Shown here: piece by piece, positions 25,318-43,489 of the stretch
How the letters are laid out: every line of letters starts with the position of its first letter
How positions within the stretch are numbered: the stretch's first letter is position 1
DNA from: Macrostomum lignano
Taxonomy: Eukaryota
DNA: 64,000 bases
Direction of reading: 5' to 3'
Assembly: GCA_002269645.1 (NCBI GenBank)
Contig: NIVC01000593.1
Coordinates: forward strand, 57,454 to 121,453
The notes under the pieces: model-generated
Told to the model about the DNA's origin: nothing
Seen by the model: only the letters and a program-made list of their open reading frames with translations
Database searches by the model: none
Position numbers and translations under genes: made by a program

Positions 25318-25635
25318 AACAATAATAATAATAATAACAGATTAAACCTGCGACAATGGGCAGATGTGCAACCGACAGCTCAGCCGCAGCTATTGCGCGG
25401 CGCATCTGAAGGCTGCGTACGGCTGTTCAGTACAAGGACTGGGGGGTCGCCACTGCACACAGCCTCAATTACCCCAGCTAATGCTGGCACCCATTTTACA
25501 GCTGGGTGAACTGAAGCAATGCAGAGTTAAGTTTCTTGCTCAAGGACACAGACTGTTCCGAGTGAGTCGAGATTCGAACCCCCGACCTTTCAGTCGTGAG
25601 TCAGACGCTCCAACCACTGTCTACGTACAACCCCC
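25318..25635 (-). mobile_element. tRNA-derived SINE with CORE-like central domain and (TTA)n tail
   Basis: Minus strand: A-box-like TAGACAGTGG, B box GGTTCGAATC, central GTGTCCTTGAGCAAGAAACTTAAC...CACCCAGCTGTAAAATGGG, and a TTATTATTA tail. Confidence 0.8.
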
Positions 25636-25799
25636 TCTAGAGCATACTAAAATGCACTCGCGATACGACAAATATGTGTTCCTTACTGATCTCCTTTGCC
25701 TAGAATTTTTTGTTGTCGTCTAGCGAGCAAAGGCTTCGGTCCATCAGATCTTAAAATTTCTGATAAGGTTAGTTCTTGCGAGTACTCGAACCTTAACAC

Positions 25800-27920
25800 C
25801 GATTCAGAGACACTCCGCTCTATAGCAGACTCCCAGAGACACTCCACTCTATAGCAGACTCTCAGATACACTCCACTGTATAGCAGACTCTCAAAGACAC
25901 TCCACTCTATAGCAGACTCCCAGAGACACTCCACTCTATAGCAGACTATAGAGTGGATCACTCTATAGCACCCAGATACACTCCGCTCCATAGCAGACTC
26001 CCAGAGACACTCCGCTCTATAGCAGACTCTCAGAGACACTCCGCTCTATAGCAGACTCTCAGAGACACTCCGCTCTATAGCAGACTCTCAGAGACACTCC
26101 ACTCTATAGCAGACTCCCAGAGACACTCCACTCTATAGCAGACTCCCAGAGACACTCCACTCTATAGCAGACTCCAAGATACACTCCACTCTATAGCAGA
26201 CTCCAAGATACACTCCACTCTATAGCAGACTCCAAGATACACTCTATTCTATAGCAGACTCCCAGATACACTCCGCTCTATAGCAGACTCCAAGATACAC
26301 TCTATTCTATAGCAGACTCCCAGAGACACTCCACTCTATAGCAGACTCCAAGATACACTCCACTCTATAGCAGACTCCCAGAGACACTCCACTCTATAGC
26401 AGACTCCAAGATACACTCCACTCTATAGCAGACTCCAAGATACACTCCACTCTATAGCAGACTCCAAGATACACTCCACTCTATAGCAGACTCCCAGATA
26501 CACTCCGCTCTATAGCAGACTCCAAGATTCACTCTATTCTATAGCAGACTCCCAGAGACACTCCACTCTATAGCAGACTCCAAGATACACTCCACTCTAT
26601 AGCAGACTCCAAGATACACTCCACTCTATAGCAGACTCCCAGATACACTCCACTCTATAGCAGACTCCAAGATACACTCCACTCTATAGCAGACTCCCAG
26701 AGACACTCCACTCTATAGCAGACTCCAAGATACACTCCACTCTATAGCAGACTCCAAGATACACTCCACTCTATAGCAGACTCCAGAGACACTCCACTCT
26801 ATAGCAGACTCCAAGATACACTCTATTCTATAGCAGACTCCAGATACACTCCGCTCTATAGCAGACTCCAAGATACACTCTATTCTATAGCAGACTCCCA
26901 GAGACACTCCACTCTATAGCAGACTCCAAGATACACTCCACTCTATAGCAGACTCCAAGACACTCCACTCTATAGCAGACTCCAAGATACACTCTATTCT
27001 ATAGCAGACTCCCAGATACACTCCGCTCTATAGCAGACTCCAAGATACACTCTATTCTATAGCAGACTCCCAGAGACACTCCACTCTATAGCAGACTCCA
27101 AGATACACTCTATTCTATAGCAGACTCCAAGATACACTCCACTCTATAGCAGACTCCAAGATACACTCCACTCTATAGCAGACTCCAAGATACACTCCAC
27201 TCTATAGCAGACTCCAAGATACACTCCACTCTATAGCAGACTCCAAGATACACTCCACTCTATAGCAGACTCCAAGATACACTCCACTCTATAGCAGACT
27301 CCAAGATACACTCCACTCTATAGCAGACTCCAAGATACACTCCACTCTATAGCAGACTCCAAGATACACTCTATTCTATAGCAGACTCCCAGATACACTC
27401 CGCTCTATAGCAGACTCCCAGATACACTCCGCTCTATAGCAGACTCCCAGAGACACTCCGCTCTATAGCAGACTCACAGAGACACTCCATTCTATAGCAG
27501 ACTCCCAGATACACTCCGCTCTATAGCAGACTCCCAGAGACACTCCACTCTATAGCAGACTCCCAGAGACACTCCACTCTATAGCAGACTCCCAGAGACA
27601 CTCCACTCTATAGCAGACTCCCAGAGACACTCCGCTCTATAGCAGACTCCCAGATACACTCCGCTCTATAGCAGACTCCTAGAGACACTCCGCTCTATAG
27701 CAGACTCACAGAGACACTCCGCTCTATAGCAGACTCCCAGATACACTCCGCTCTATAGCAGACTCCCAGAGACACTCCACTCTATAGCAGACTCCCAGAG
27801 ACACTCCGCTCTATAGCAGACTCCCAGAGACACTCCACTCTATAGCAGACTCCCAGAGACACTCCGCTCTATAGCAGACTCCCAGATACACTCCACTCTA
27901 TAGCAGACTCCCAGAGACAC
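25800..27920. repeat. 29-bp minisatellite
   Basis: Unit GACTCCAAGATACACTCCACTCTATAGCA; about 70 copies. Confidence 0.97.
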
Positions 27921-29679
27921 GCAAGCTTTACTACTCGTATCATTGATATCCCGGACTGCTTACACCCAAGGCTGAGCTAAATGAGTCACTATCGATACTA
28001 CAGTGCGCAGCAACACGGCTCGCTAACACTTAGCCTGAGCTTACGATAGGCATACACTCTGCGGTAAAAAATAGAATCCCCTCTCTATTTGACAGATTAG
28101 GAGGCCACGCGCTCTCAAGTAGGGAAAGATCGGCCACTCATTCCGACTTCTTCCCTCGGGGTTTTTTTAAACACGAGTCGTTGCAAAATTGGTTACCCCC
28201 CCCCCTCCAACCCCAGTGTCTGCGCATGGTGCCTGTAACTTGCATGCATATTTTGGACTGTCTCCCGGCCTCTATCCCTCGATTTGACTTCGCTTCCATT
28301 TGTGCTAGTGTTGCTGCAGCACCGCCCAGGCCAGCAGTCGCTGCTCAGCACCCTTGCACACCCCACCCGACTCTGCCCCTCTTCCCTAGTCTCAGCAGTG
28401 CCAAGTTGCATAGAGCAGGTGAAACGGCGGGCTCAACCCCACTAAGACCAATAGGGGCAACAAGCAGCCCACACGCCAAAATCCGCCTTCAAAAGCCCCG
28501 TAGTTTTGCTCCCCAGTGTCTTCTTGTATTCCCCCCGGCTACTGCTGCGGGGGATCAGTAAACTCTACTAGACTTGATACAATCGGAGTATTGGGACTTG
28601 AAAGAATCCAGCCAGCGTCCGATAACAAGCACCCCACTGATGTAGTTGATGTGACCGTTATAATAGGCACTGCCTGCTCGCCCGCCTGCCTGCCTGTTTG
28701 CTCGGTCACAGCAAACTACTGGGACTGAGTCGCCAGGCAATACTCGTCAAGCCACCAAGCCTTTCTCAAAGTGAGTAGTTGCAGTTTTCCCTAACAAATT
28801 TTCTCCCATAGTTATCAAACAGGTGTCAGATGTCAAGACATAGTCTTCATCCCATTCCCAGCAACATTCCTTTTTCACTACTTATTACTACATGAGTAGA
28901 TGTTTGCATTATTAAAATAAACGAGAGAAAACATGGTATTTTGTTTATATTTCAACTTTTCTAATTCAGTTCTGGTCAAAATTATGCGTACAAACTAACA
29001 ATCAATTATGCATTGCAATTGATGCTCCGTGTACTTGAAAATATGATATATTAGTCTCTATGTAACAAGAGCCGTGATCTATTAGAAGATTGAATGAAAA
29101 CAGTGTTGGAAACCTGCTCCGAAATATGAGTTCAACTATATTAAGAAGGGATGCTGTCTATGTTAACAACAAAAAACTACAAAAAACAAGCAAAAACAGC
29201 CACAACAACATTAACAGCGACAGACAATGCTTTAAACAGGACAAACAGACTGTCTATAAAACAGCGTACAGTAGATAAGATCAATAATTAGTCGGTATAA
29301 TGTCTATTAGAAAGAGATTTTCAAAGCGAATACTGGTTCAGCTCGAACACGCAGTGATGATCGATTTAAGCTTGTGTAAAATGTGAGCATTAATTGAATT
29401 AAAAAAAAATGCTGTTATTTCTGCTATGTACAGCATAAGGACTGTTAATGCAGTTATGAAGAGCTCCGCCAGGAAGACCCGTAGGCCCACAGTAATCAGT
29501 GATGATGAAGCCAAAAATGTTTGATTGCAGGGGCTTCGGGAGCGGCCCGCGGGATGGGATGGGACAGTGTAGAGCGAGGACTAGAGGGTAGGAAGAGGGT
29601 AAAGGGTTAATGAAGGGTAAATATGGGACTGAGAAAGATGGGAGAAAGCATGAATAGTGAGGTTAGAGGTTAGAGGGTA

Positions 29680-30750
29680 GCAGAGGTTAGAAGGTAGAGA
29701 GGATAAAGAGGGTAGAGAGGGTAGAGAGAGTAGAGGGTAGAGAGGGTAGAGAGATTAGAGAGGGTAAAGAGGGTAGAGAGGGTAGAGAAGGTAGAGAAGG
29801 TAGAGAAGGTAGAGAGGATAAAGAGGGTAGAGAGGGTGGAGAGGGTAAAGAGGGTAGAGAGGGTAGAGAGGGTAGAGAGAGTAGAGAGAGTAGAGGGCAG
29901 AGAGGGTAGAGAGAGTAGAGAGTAGAGAGGGTAGAGAGGGTAGAGAGGGTAAAGAGGGTAGAGAGGGTAGAGAGGGTAAAGAGGGTAGAGAGGGTAGAGA
30001 GGGTAGAGAGAGTAGAGAGAGTAGAGGGCAGAGAGGGTAGAGAGAGTAGAGAGTAGAGAGGGTAGAGAGGGTAGAGAGGGTAAAGAGGGTAGAGAGAGTA
30101 GAGAGGGTAGAGAGGGTAGAGAGGGTAAAGAGGGTAGAGAGGGTAGAGAGGGTAAAGAGGGTAGAGAGGGTAGAGAGGGTAAAGAGGGTAGAGAGGGTAG
30201 AGAGAGTAGAGGGTAGAGAGGGCAGAGAGGGTAGAGAGAGTAGAGGGTAGAGAGGGTAGAGAGGGTAAAGAGGGTAGAGAGGGTAGAGAAGGTAGAGAGG
30301 GTAGAGAGGATAAAGAGGGTAGAGAGATTAGAGAGGGTAAAGAGGGTAGAGAGGGTAGAGAGGGTAGAGAGAGTAGAGAGAGTAGAGGGCAGAGAGGGTA
30401 GAGAGAGTAGAGGGTAGAGAGGGTAGAGAGGGTAGAGAAGGTAGAGAGGGCAAAGAGGGTAGAGAGGGTAGAGAGGATAAAGAGGGTAGAGAGGGTAGAG
30501 AGGGTAGAGAAGGTAGAGAGGGCAAAGAGGGTAGAGAGGGTAGAGAGGATAAAGAGGGTAGAGAGGGTAGAGAGGGTAGAGAGGGTAGAGAGGGTAGAGA
30601 GGGTAGAGAAGGTAGAGAGGGTAGAGAGGGTAGAGAGGGTAGAGAAGGTAGAGAGGGCAAAGAGGGTAGAGAGGGTAGAGGGGATAAAGAGGGTAGAGAG
30701 GGTAGAGAGGGTAGAGAGGGTAGAGAGGGTAGAGAGGGTAGAGAGAGCAG
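29680..30750. repeat. 9-bp minisatellite (AGAGAGGGT)n
   Basis: Directly visible. Confidence 0.95.
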
Positions 30751-31239
30751 AGAGATAGTGGCTTGGCTTGGAGGTGTCTCGGCCAGTGGCACAGGGGGTG
30801 GATGTAAGTTTGGAACTCCGCCCCAAGAAATAAAACATGCAGATATGCGGACAAGATGACATGCACCGGACAGCTATGCAGACATTTCAATATTAAAGTT
30901 ACCATATTTGCGTGTGAATAGTTTCTCGCACAATTTCCTACTGACCACAGCGGCGACAACAGTAATCAAACGGCAAGTGGGAGAATTTTTTTGGATTTTC
31001 TACGTTCAGGGGTGAAACAAGTCAAGGATGCCAAAAAATTAAGACTACAATTATAAGCAGCATATAAATTTGCCCTACATAAGTGCAAGAGAAGCGAGCT
31101 TGCAGTCACATGATGCAGCGGCTCTAAAATAGTGCGCGGTTGGTGCACTGCCAGTATGAATGTACTTGAAAAAGGTACTTTTATATTCATATTTATTTCC
31201 TATGAAAAAGATGTACTTCTGGGCCTAAGCTACCCTGTC

Positions 31240-31555
31240 TACAGTACTCCACAGTCCTCAGCTACCACATCTACAGTACTCCACAGTCCTCAGCTACCAC
31301 ATCTACAGTACTCCACAGTCCTCAGCTACCACATCTACAGTACTCCACAGTCCTCAGCTACCACATCTACAGTACTCCACAGTCCTCAGCTACCACATCT
31401 ACAGTACTCCACAGTCCTCAGCTACCACATCTACAGTACTCCACAGTCCTCAGCTACCACATCTACAGTACTCCACAGTCCTCAGCTACCACATCTACAG
31501 TACTCAACAGTCCTCAGCTACCACATCTACAGTACTCCACAGTCCTCAGCTACCA
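31240..31555. repeat. 32-bp minisatellite
   Basis: Unit ACAGTACTCCACAGTCCTCAGCTACCACATCT. Confidence 0.95.
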
Positions 31556-31752
31556 ACAACCACTTCTACTGTACTTCATGACCCTCATGTACTGCATTTG
31601 GTCCGCAGAAATTTGTTAAAATTGCACAAAATACAAATAGGGGGAACCACAGGCCCAGTGAAGTGAAGCCACTCTGCGAATGGCCAGTTTTCAAAGAAGT
31701 AAAATACAAAATCAAAACATTATTAGCAAGCGTGAATTGCGACGCACTTCTG

Positions 31753-37115
<5,363 letters not shown>

Positions 37116-38525
37116 CTCTGCGCCGTCTTGCAGTCTCTTTCCTCTCTCTCTCTCCGGCTCGCTCTAATTCAGTCTGCACTAGGATGTTAATGGGTCTCGG
37201 GGCTAAAACTATTCTCTCTCTCTCCGCACACTCTACTTTTACACTATAGGTTGCCGAGAGCTGGGAAACTTTTGCGAGTCCGAGCGCTCGGCGCGGCGGC
37301 GCCTTCGCTTCGTTCCGCCGACCGGCTAAATGCGATCGGGAAGGGGAGCGGCGAGGCAGAGGTTGGGACGAGGGGCGAGCCGGAGGGGATGGGGAGCAGA
37401 CTTGGAGCAGCGAGGAAGAAAGACGAGCAAAGAGGAGGCGCTGAGCCTCTCAGGGGTGGGCTGTATTAGAGCAGGAATAATTCTTGAGCAGGCCAAAGGG
37501 ACAGAGAAAGAGTGTTGAAGAGAGAAGGCGGAAATCGGCCCTAACTTTGCCATCCCATTATTTCCTATTACGAGCCTAGTAGTTAAATAAGGTATTGGAA
37601 AGGTGCGCATTATTCTCTTCTTAAGAATGATTATTAGCTGACGCTGAACTGCATTGTACATGCAGTATTGAATATATTACTAATCCAGTACGTGTAGATT
37701 TCACAGAATTCACAGAAATCATAGAAATCACAGAATTCACGGAATCACAGAATTCACAGAATTCACAGAATTCATATAATTCACAGAGTATATAGAGTTC
37801 ACAGAATTCACAGAATTCACAGAATTCACAGAATTCATAGAATCCACAGAATTCATAGAATTCACAGAATTCACAGAATTCATAGAATCAACAAAAATTC
37901 ACAGAATTCATAGATTTCACAGAATTCACACGCTTCAGACTCCCTAGTCATCCTTGCCTTCGTATTGTCATCACCTGTATGAATACTAAACAGGCAACTG
38001 TTCTCTGTTACAAAATTGATAGATAAGTTAAGAACAGTTTGAATAAGTTCCGAGGCAAGCCAGCAGGTTAATTACCCTTCCCCCAAGTTCCAAAGTACAA
38101 AGCAACAGCAAGCCGCCCAGTCTCAGCGCTCCATGCCTTGACATCTCCTTCTCTAAGGCAGGCTGGCGCGGAGGACGTGATGTACACAAAGGAAAATAGG
38201 AAGCCGAAAGAATGAGGAAAAAGAGGGGCGGACAGACGTCTTCTTTGCGCTCAGGAGGACCGTGATGGACAACTGACTGCCGTCAGATGAGACTGCCGGG
38301 TGGAGAGCGAAGGGGAGCCGCAGCTCACTCAGCTGTGTTTACAGAAGCTGAGCAAGCTGAGATGCGGCAGCAGGAAGCTGCACGGTGCATATCCGAGTAG
38401 TTGCTAGAGTGGAAAGGTAGCTCTCAAATTGGGGAAGAAATCTTATTTCGAGGTTGGGAATAAGTAGGCTGCGGGCGCACAAGATGGGAATGATGGAAAC
38501 AGATAATAGACCGAATGGAGACTGT

Positions 38526-38706
38526 AGGGATGGGATCGGGATGGGATCGGGATGGGATCGGGATGGGATCGGGATGGATCGGGATGGGATCGGGATGGGA
38601 TCGGGATGGGATCGGGATGGGATCGGGATGGGATCGGGATGGGATCGGGATGGGATCGGGATTGGATCGGGATGGGATCGGGATGGGATCGGGATGGGAT
38701 CGGGAT
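38526..38706. repeat. 10-bp repeat (GGATGGGATC)n
   Basis: Directly visible. Confidence 0.95.
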
Positions 38707-39933
38707 GCTATCAGGCTAAGATCAGCATGGAGATTGGTATGGGATTGAGATGCCCTAGGCAGCAAGGGCAGTTGAAAGAGTCCTGGCTGAGTCGGTCCTT
38801 CATAGCAGTCTTCAATCCTTTCCTTTACCCCCCCCCCCTGCTCCGTTAAGCAGACGTCACGGCGAGGTCCCAAAATAACAGGCTTAGAGGAAGTTTCGCC
38901 GCTGTTGAGTTGCAGTACCCGAGGGGTCTCAAATTAAAAAACAGAAGCAGCAGGTACCAGTCAGAGAAGAAATTACTGCGCAGGGAAGCATGGAAACACT
39001 GAAAGGCAAAAGATGCCGAAGGCTAAATTAACCTGTCTTACAGTCCGCATGAGCGCTAGGGGGTAGCTAAGGATGCAGTTCTTACCTGCCTGCCCCCCCC
39101 CTCTGTATGGAGATTCGTCGCCTTGATCTCCCGTATCTTCTGAATCCCTGTGCGCTGCGCTCCTCTCAGACCCTGATTGCCCCCCGATGCGGCTGCTCAA
39201 TGGATTCTTCCGTGTGACTTGCTAACGAGGGTGGGATATGCGGGATGGGAGATGGCCCATCCCATAGGGTTGGCTGGGTAGGCATCATCCTCTGGGGACT
39301 CAGGCATAGCTCTTCTTCTTCTGATCGGCTTGAATTCTCTTGTAGCATTTCTTCTGATAGAAATTATTTATTATGAATTATGATTATTGCTGTCTCGGAG
39401 ATGCCCGCATTGACGTCATAGCATGCAGCGAGTCGAGATGCTGGCAACGGATAGTCAGCCTCTGGGGAGGGATGGTGCATGGTTTCCATGGTTACAGTTC
39501 TTATTGGAGAATTGCAATTGTCTTTTCAAGAGCCTGTACAATCTGCTCAAGAAGTGATATAGAAATGATTGTATTAGCATATATAAGCATATATATATAT
39601 GTATTAATTATTAAACTAGACAGTTGTCAAGCCGTGGAAAACAAAAGAGCCAATTCATGCTAAACTCGATCGAAGCGCCAAAACAAATTACAACTCGGTC
39701 CTCTGCTTCGTCGCGTGCATTTCTCGCGCGCAAATACTGCTACTGAGAGAAGTAGAATGAAGCGAGTTTGCTGCTGTGACCAGAGGGAGCGAGGCGGATA
39801 AGTTACAAGGCAAGGCAACTAAAAGTTCTAAGCGTTGAAAGCAAATTGAACTGGAAAATCCAATTTAAACCCTTGGGAGTCTGCGGTTTCTAACTGAGTG
39901 AGTTTGGAGAGTCGCCAGCGTCCTCGCTGCTGC

Positions 39934-40569
39934 CTACTCTTCTCCCTGGTTGAAGTTCATGTCGTCATCGTTGTGCTGAAGATGCTGCTGCTGCTGCTGC
40001 TGCTCCTTGAGTCCGCGGTTCGCCACCCGAGACAGTTCCCGAGCTATTCTCAACAGGTTGGACTTCTCAAACAGGCAGTGCTTGCAGACCGCCGCCTGCT
40101 GCTGGCTGCGCTGCTGCTCCTGCTTCTGTCTGAGCTGCCGCTTGCCAGCGCCGCCGCACATGCACACCTCGCCGCCGACCACCACGGCTGGGTCCAAGGC
40201 GAACAGCCGGCCGGAGTCCTCGATCACCACCATTCGACGCCGCATCACGTGATCACCGGCTCGGGCGGCCTCGGGCACGGGCACGTCGCCCGGCTGCACC
40301 CTGCCGGGGTACTGGGCCGGGGCGGCCAGAGAGCTCGAGGCCAGATCGATGAAGGACTCGATGATGCTGACTAGGTGCTTTAACGATCTGCCAGGCGGCA
40401 GCTTCTTGCGCTCGTAGCCCCGTTTGACGTACTCGTACTTGGAGCGCAGGCGGTGCAGCAGGCCAACAAAGGTGTAAAAATTGTTGTCGTAGTCTTCGTG
40501 CAGCCGGAATTCTCCCGGCTGTTGACTCAACAAAACGGGCGGGCCGCCGCGCGTCTGCTCCGTTGCCAT
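39934..40569 (-). CDS. Single-exon 211-aa protein with a possible SWIM-type zinc finger
   Basis: GC-rich, host-like ORF with good ATG context (GCCATGG). SGRLFAL...CMC...CKHCL fits the CxC-xn-CxH SWIM pattern, with a Gln-rich insert. Confidence 0.6.
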   Translation of the reverse strand: MATEQTRGGPPVLLSQQPGEFRLHEDYDNNFYTFVGLLHRLRSKYEYVKRGYERKKLPPGRSLKHLVSIIESFIDLASSSLAAPAQYPGRVQPGDVPVPEAARAGDHVMRRRMVVIEDSGRLFALDPAVVVGGEVCMCGGAGKRQLRQKQEQQRSQQQAAVCKHCLFEKSNLLRIARELSRVANRGLKEQQQQQQHLQHNDDDMNFNQGEE

Positions 40570-40889
40570 GGCGATTCAGTTATAACTGATACAACTGACT
40601 AGCAGATCAGATTTGGGATTTAAGATTTCAGAAGCTTTGAGAATTAGATGGACCCAAGAGCTTCAGCTGGCAGCTAGCTGGGTTAAAGATAATTTTAGCC
40701 GAGAAATTTTTAAAATTAGTGAAACTTTTACCAATTCAATAACTCGATTAGTTTGTCTATGGCTGAAGCTCAGTGAATTCCTGTTTGTAGATTTTAGAAC
40801 TTGAAATTCACAGAAAAAGAAAGTAAAATTAGTTTATAATCAATTCGTGCGAGTGACATATGGGTGAAACATAGAGAAAGAGATTAAGG

Positions 40890-41240
40890 AACATCGAAGT
40901 GGAGATGAAGGGACGTCAAAAAGGAGATGAAGGGACGTCGAAAGTGGAGATGAAGGGCCGTCGAAAGTGGAGATGAAGGGACGTCGAAAGTGGAGATGAA
41001 GGGACGTCGAAAGTGGAGATGAAGGGACGTCGAAAGTGGAGATGAAGGGACGTCGAAAGTGGAGATGAAGGGACGTCGAAAGTGGAGATGAAGGGACGTC
41101 GAATGTGGAGATGAAGGGACGTCGAAAGTGGAGATGAAGGGACGTCGAAAGTGGAGATGAAGGGACGTCGAAAGTGGAGATGAAGGGATGTCGAAAGGAA
41201 GATGAAGGGACGTCGAAAGTGGAGATAAAGGAACGTCATA
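40890..41240. repeat. 23-bp minisatellite
   Basis: Unit GAAAGTGGAGATGAAGGGACGTC. Confidence 0.95.
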
Positions 41241-41952
41241 GAAAGGAGATTATACATGTAAGTATGTCATGGACAACAAAAAGGCCTGACATAATTTTTG
41301 CCTACACAGGAGCCAACTAATAAAAACTGATCTCATAGGGTCTTAGACATGACAAAGTGCAAGCTATCACATATAGACATCTATATGAGCCTGTCAAAAC
41401 ACTCGCAATCAAATTAATGCAACAGATTAGAAAGTGGATTAGGGTATGTGAAATCCGCCTACGCTAACAAGATCACGAGTGATGCAAAATTGAATTTTAC
41501 GCTTTTTTACAAATTTATTCGACAGAAACTGACTCTCCGCTCTCCATGCACTGAACTGGTGTGTAGCAGCCTGTACTCTCAGCCAGCCTCCCTACCGCTC
41601 ACTGGCTATCGACATTTTACTGAGTTTGGGAGGCAGCAGTACTCACAACAGCCACTAACACCCACCCCACACCCCAAACACGCCAACTCTCTTCTTGGCC
41701 CTCCTGCACTATCGCCATTCCATTCCTCCTCTCTGCACGAAGGCGATCAGCTCAGCTCAGTCAGGCACACTTTTTAACTCTGCCTAAAATTCTGCATCCG
41801 CGCGCCTCTCCCGTTAATCCCCTTCCCGCTTCCCTCATCTCTCTCTCTCTCCCCCGCTCTGTCTGTCTCGTGCTCACCATCCAATCCCTCCAGCCTGCGT
41901 CATCAACGGCGAGCGGCTTTGCTCGTAGGATTTCATAGAAAAAAGCGAAGGG

Positions 41953-42013
<61 letters not shown>

Positions 42014-42131
42014 CGGCGAGTTCCCAAACTCATCTGCATTGGTATATTCATGAGTTCAGACGGGAGCTGAACTTTACTGCCCCAGCGGTAGCCGAAATTT
42101 TTTTGCAGCACAGCCTCCTATCTGCCGCATC

Positions 42132-43462
42132 ATGGGCGCAGTGTTGTCCTCTCCGCGAGGAGATGGAGGCGCCGGCGGCGTTGGCGGCCTCTACAACCAG
42201 CTACGACCGTCAAAGTCCACCTTCAGCCTCAAGGACAGAGACGGCGGCGGCAGGGCGATTGCCGACTTCTTCCGCAACGGCCTGCCCAGCTCCGTGAGCT
42301 TCCGCAACTTCGGCATCGGCCGCTCCTCGTCGTCTCGGCGGGGCAGCTGTGGAGTCGCTGGATCTGACAGCAGCGGTCAACAGCTGGTGCCGCCGGCGGC
42401 TGTCAGGCAAGCCATGAGTTTGACTGTCAGACTATTTATGTGATGACATGTGCAGAAATCTCCCTACTTTATCTCTTCAGCCCTCACATGACATTTCAAA
42501 ACCACACATGACATTTCAATACCACACATGACACTCCAATACCACACATGACACTCCAATACCACACATGACACTCCAATACCACACATGACACTCCAAT
42601 ACCACACATGACACTCCAATACCACACATGACACTCCAATACCACACACGACACTCCAATACCACACATGACACTCCAATACCACAAATGACACTCCAAT
42701 ACCACACATGACACTCCAATACCACACATGACACCACCCTCGCCATCCTGCAGCCAATCGAACTCATGCAAGCCGTCGCAGCAGGCGCAGCTGAAGTCAA
42801 GCGATCGCCTCAACAACAACAGCCAGCTGTCGGGGGCCGCCACTCAACCGGCCGCCGCGGACTCGTTGAAGAAGTCGACCTCCTGCTACGCCCTGAAGCC
42901 GCCGGGTTCCCTCAACCGGCGTCCCGGCTCCGCCAGCCTCTGCCAGAACCTTCGGCCGTCTCACAGTGTCGCCGCCGACGAACACAACGACGCCAACAAT
43001 CGGCGCCTGGTTGTCCAGGCCAGCACGGCCGAGCTGCTGAAGTGCACGTGCACTTTTCTTCACCGACGCTGCCCGGATGCGGCGCCCGACCCGTCGGCGG
43101 CTGCCGCCTGGATCCGTTCGGTTGACCGCTGCCTGATCCTGCAGGGCTGGGCGGACACCGCATTCGTCAACCCGCCGAATCTCGTATTCCTGTTCATGCT
43201 GCTGAAAACCACGGTTGGCGAGCGCTTGGCAACGGAGCGCCAGCTGCAGACGGCGGTGTTCGCCTGCCTGTACGTGGCCTACTCCTATATGGGCAACGAG
43301 ATCAGCTACCCGCTCAAACCCTTCCTGCTTGAGGACGATCGGGCCGCCTTCTGGGACCGCTGCCTCGGCGTGGTCGGCAACTGCAGCCGGGACATGCTGC
43401 GTCTGAACTCCGACCCCGCCTTCTTCATCGACCTGTTCACCGAGCTCAAGTCCTACGCCTGA
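42132..43462 (+). CDS. CDK5R1: CDK5 activator p35/p39 homolog, 327 aa: join(42132..42406,42754..43462)
   Basis: N-terminal MGAVLS (myristoylation-type start of p35) and the activator domain VQASTAELLKC, WIRSVDRCLILQGW, NLVFLFML, CLYVAYSYMGNEISYPLKPFL, FWDRCL, FTELK. Confidence 0.93.
42485..42735. repeat. 20-bp minisatellite in the CDK5R1 intron
   Basis: Unit ACCACACATGACACTCCAAT. Confidence 0.95.
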
Positions 43463-43489
43463 CATTGGCGACGCTGGAATTGGAATTCT

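Noticed and set aside
25590-25635. Possible tRNA gene
   Set aside because: The tRNA-like part runs straight into a SINE body and tail, with no proper acceptor stem or poly-T terminator.
28181-28780. GC-richer island with short ORFs and a GTGAGT donor near 28771
   Set aside because: May be a promoter or non-coding exon, but there is no recognisable product or partner exon.
29670-30959. Long ORFs of 429, 391 and 154 aa (LYP/LST/LPS repeats)
   Set aside because: Translations of a 9-bp repeat.
38973-39348. Two overlapping minus-strand ORFs joinable by a G-run frameshift and ending at a GTAAGA donor
   Set aside because: Low-complexity product with no downstream coding exon identified; may be an untranslated upstream exon of the B56 gene.
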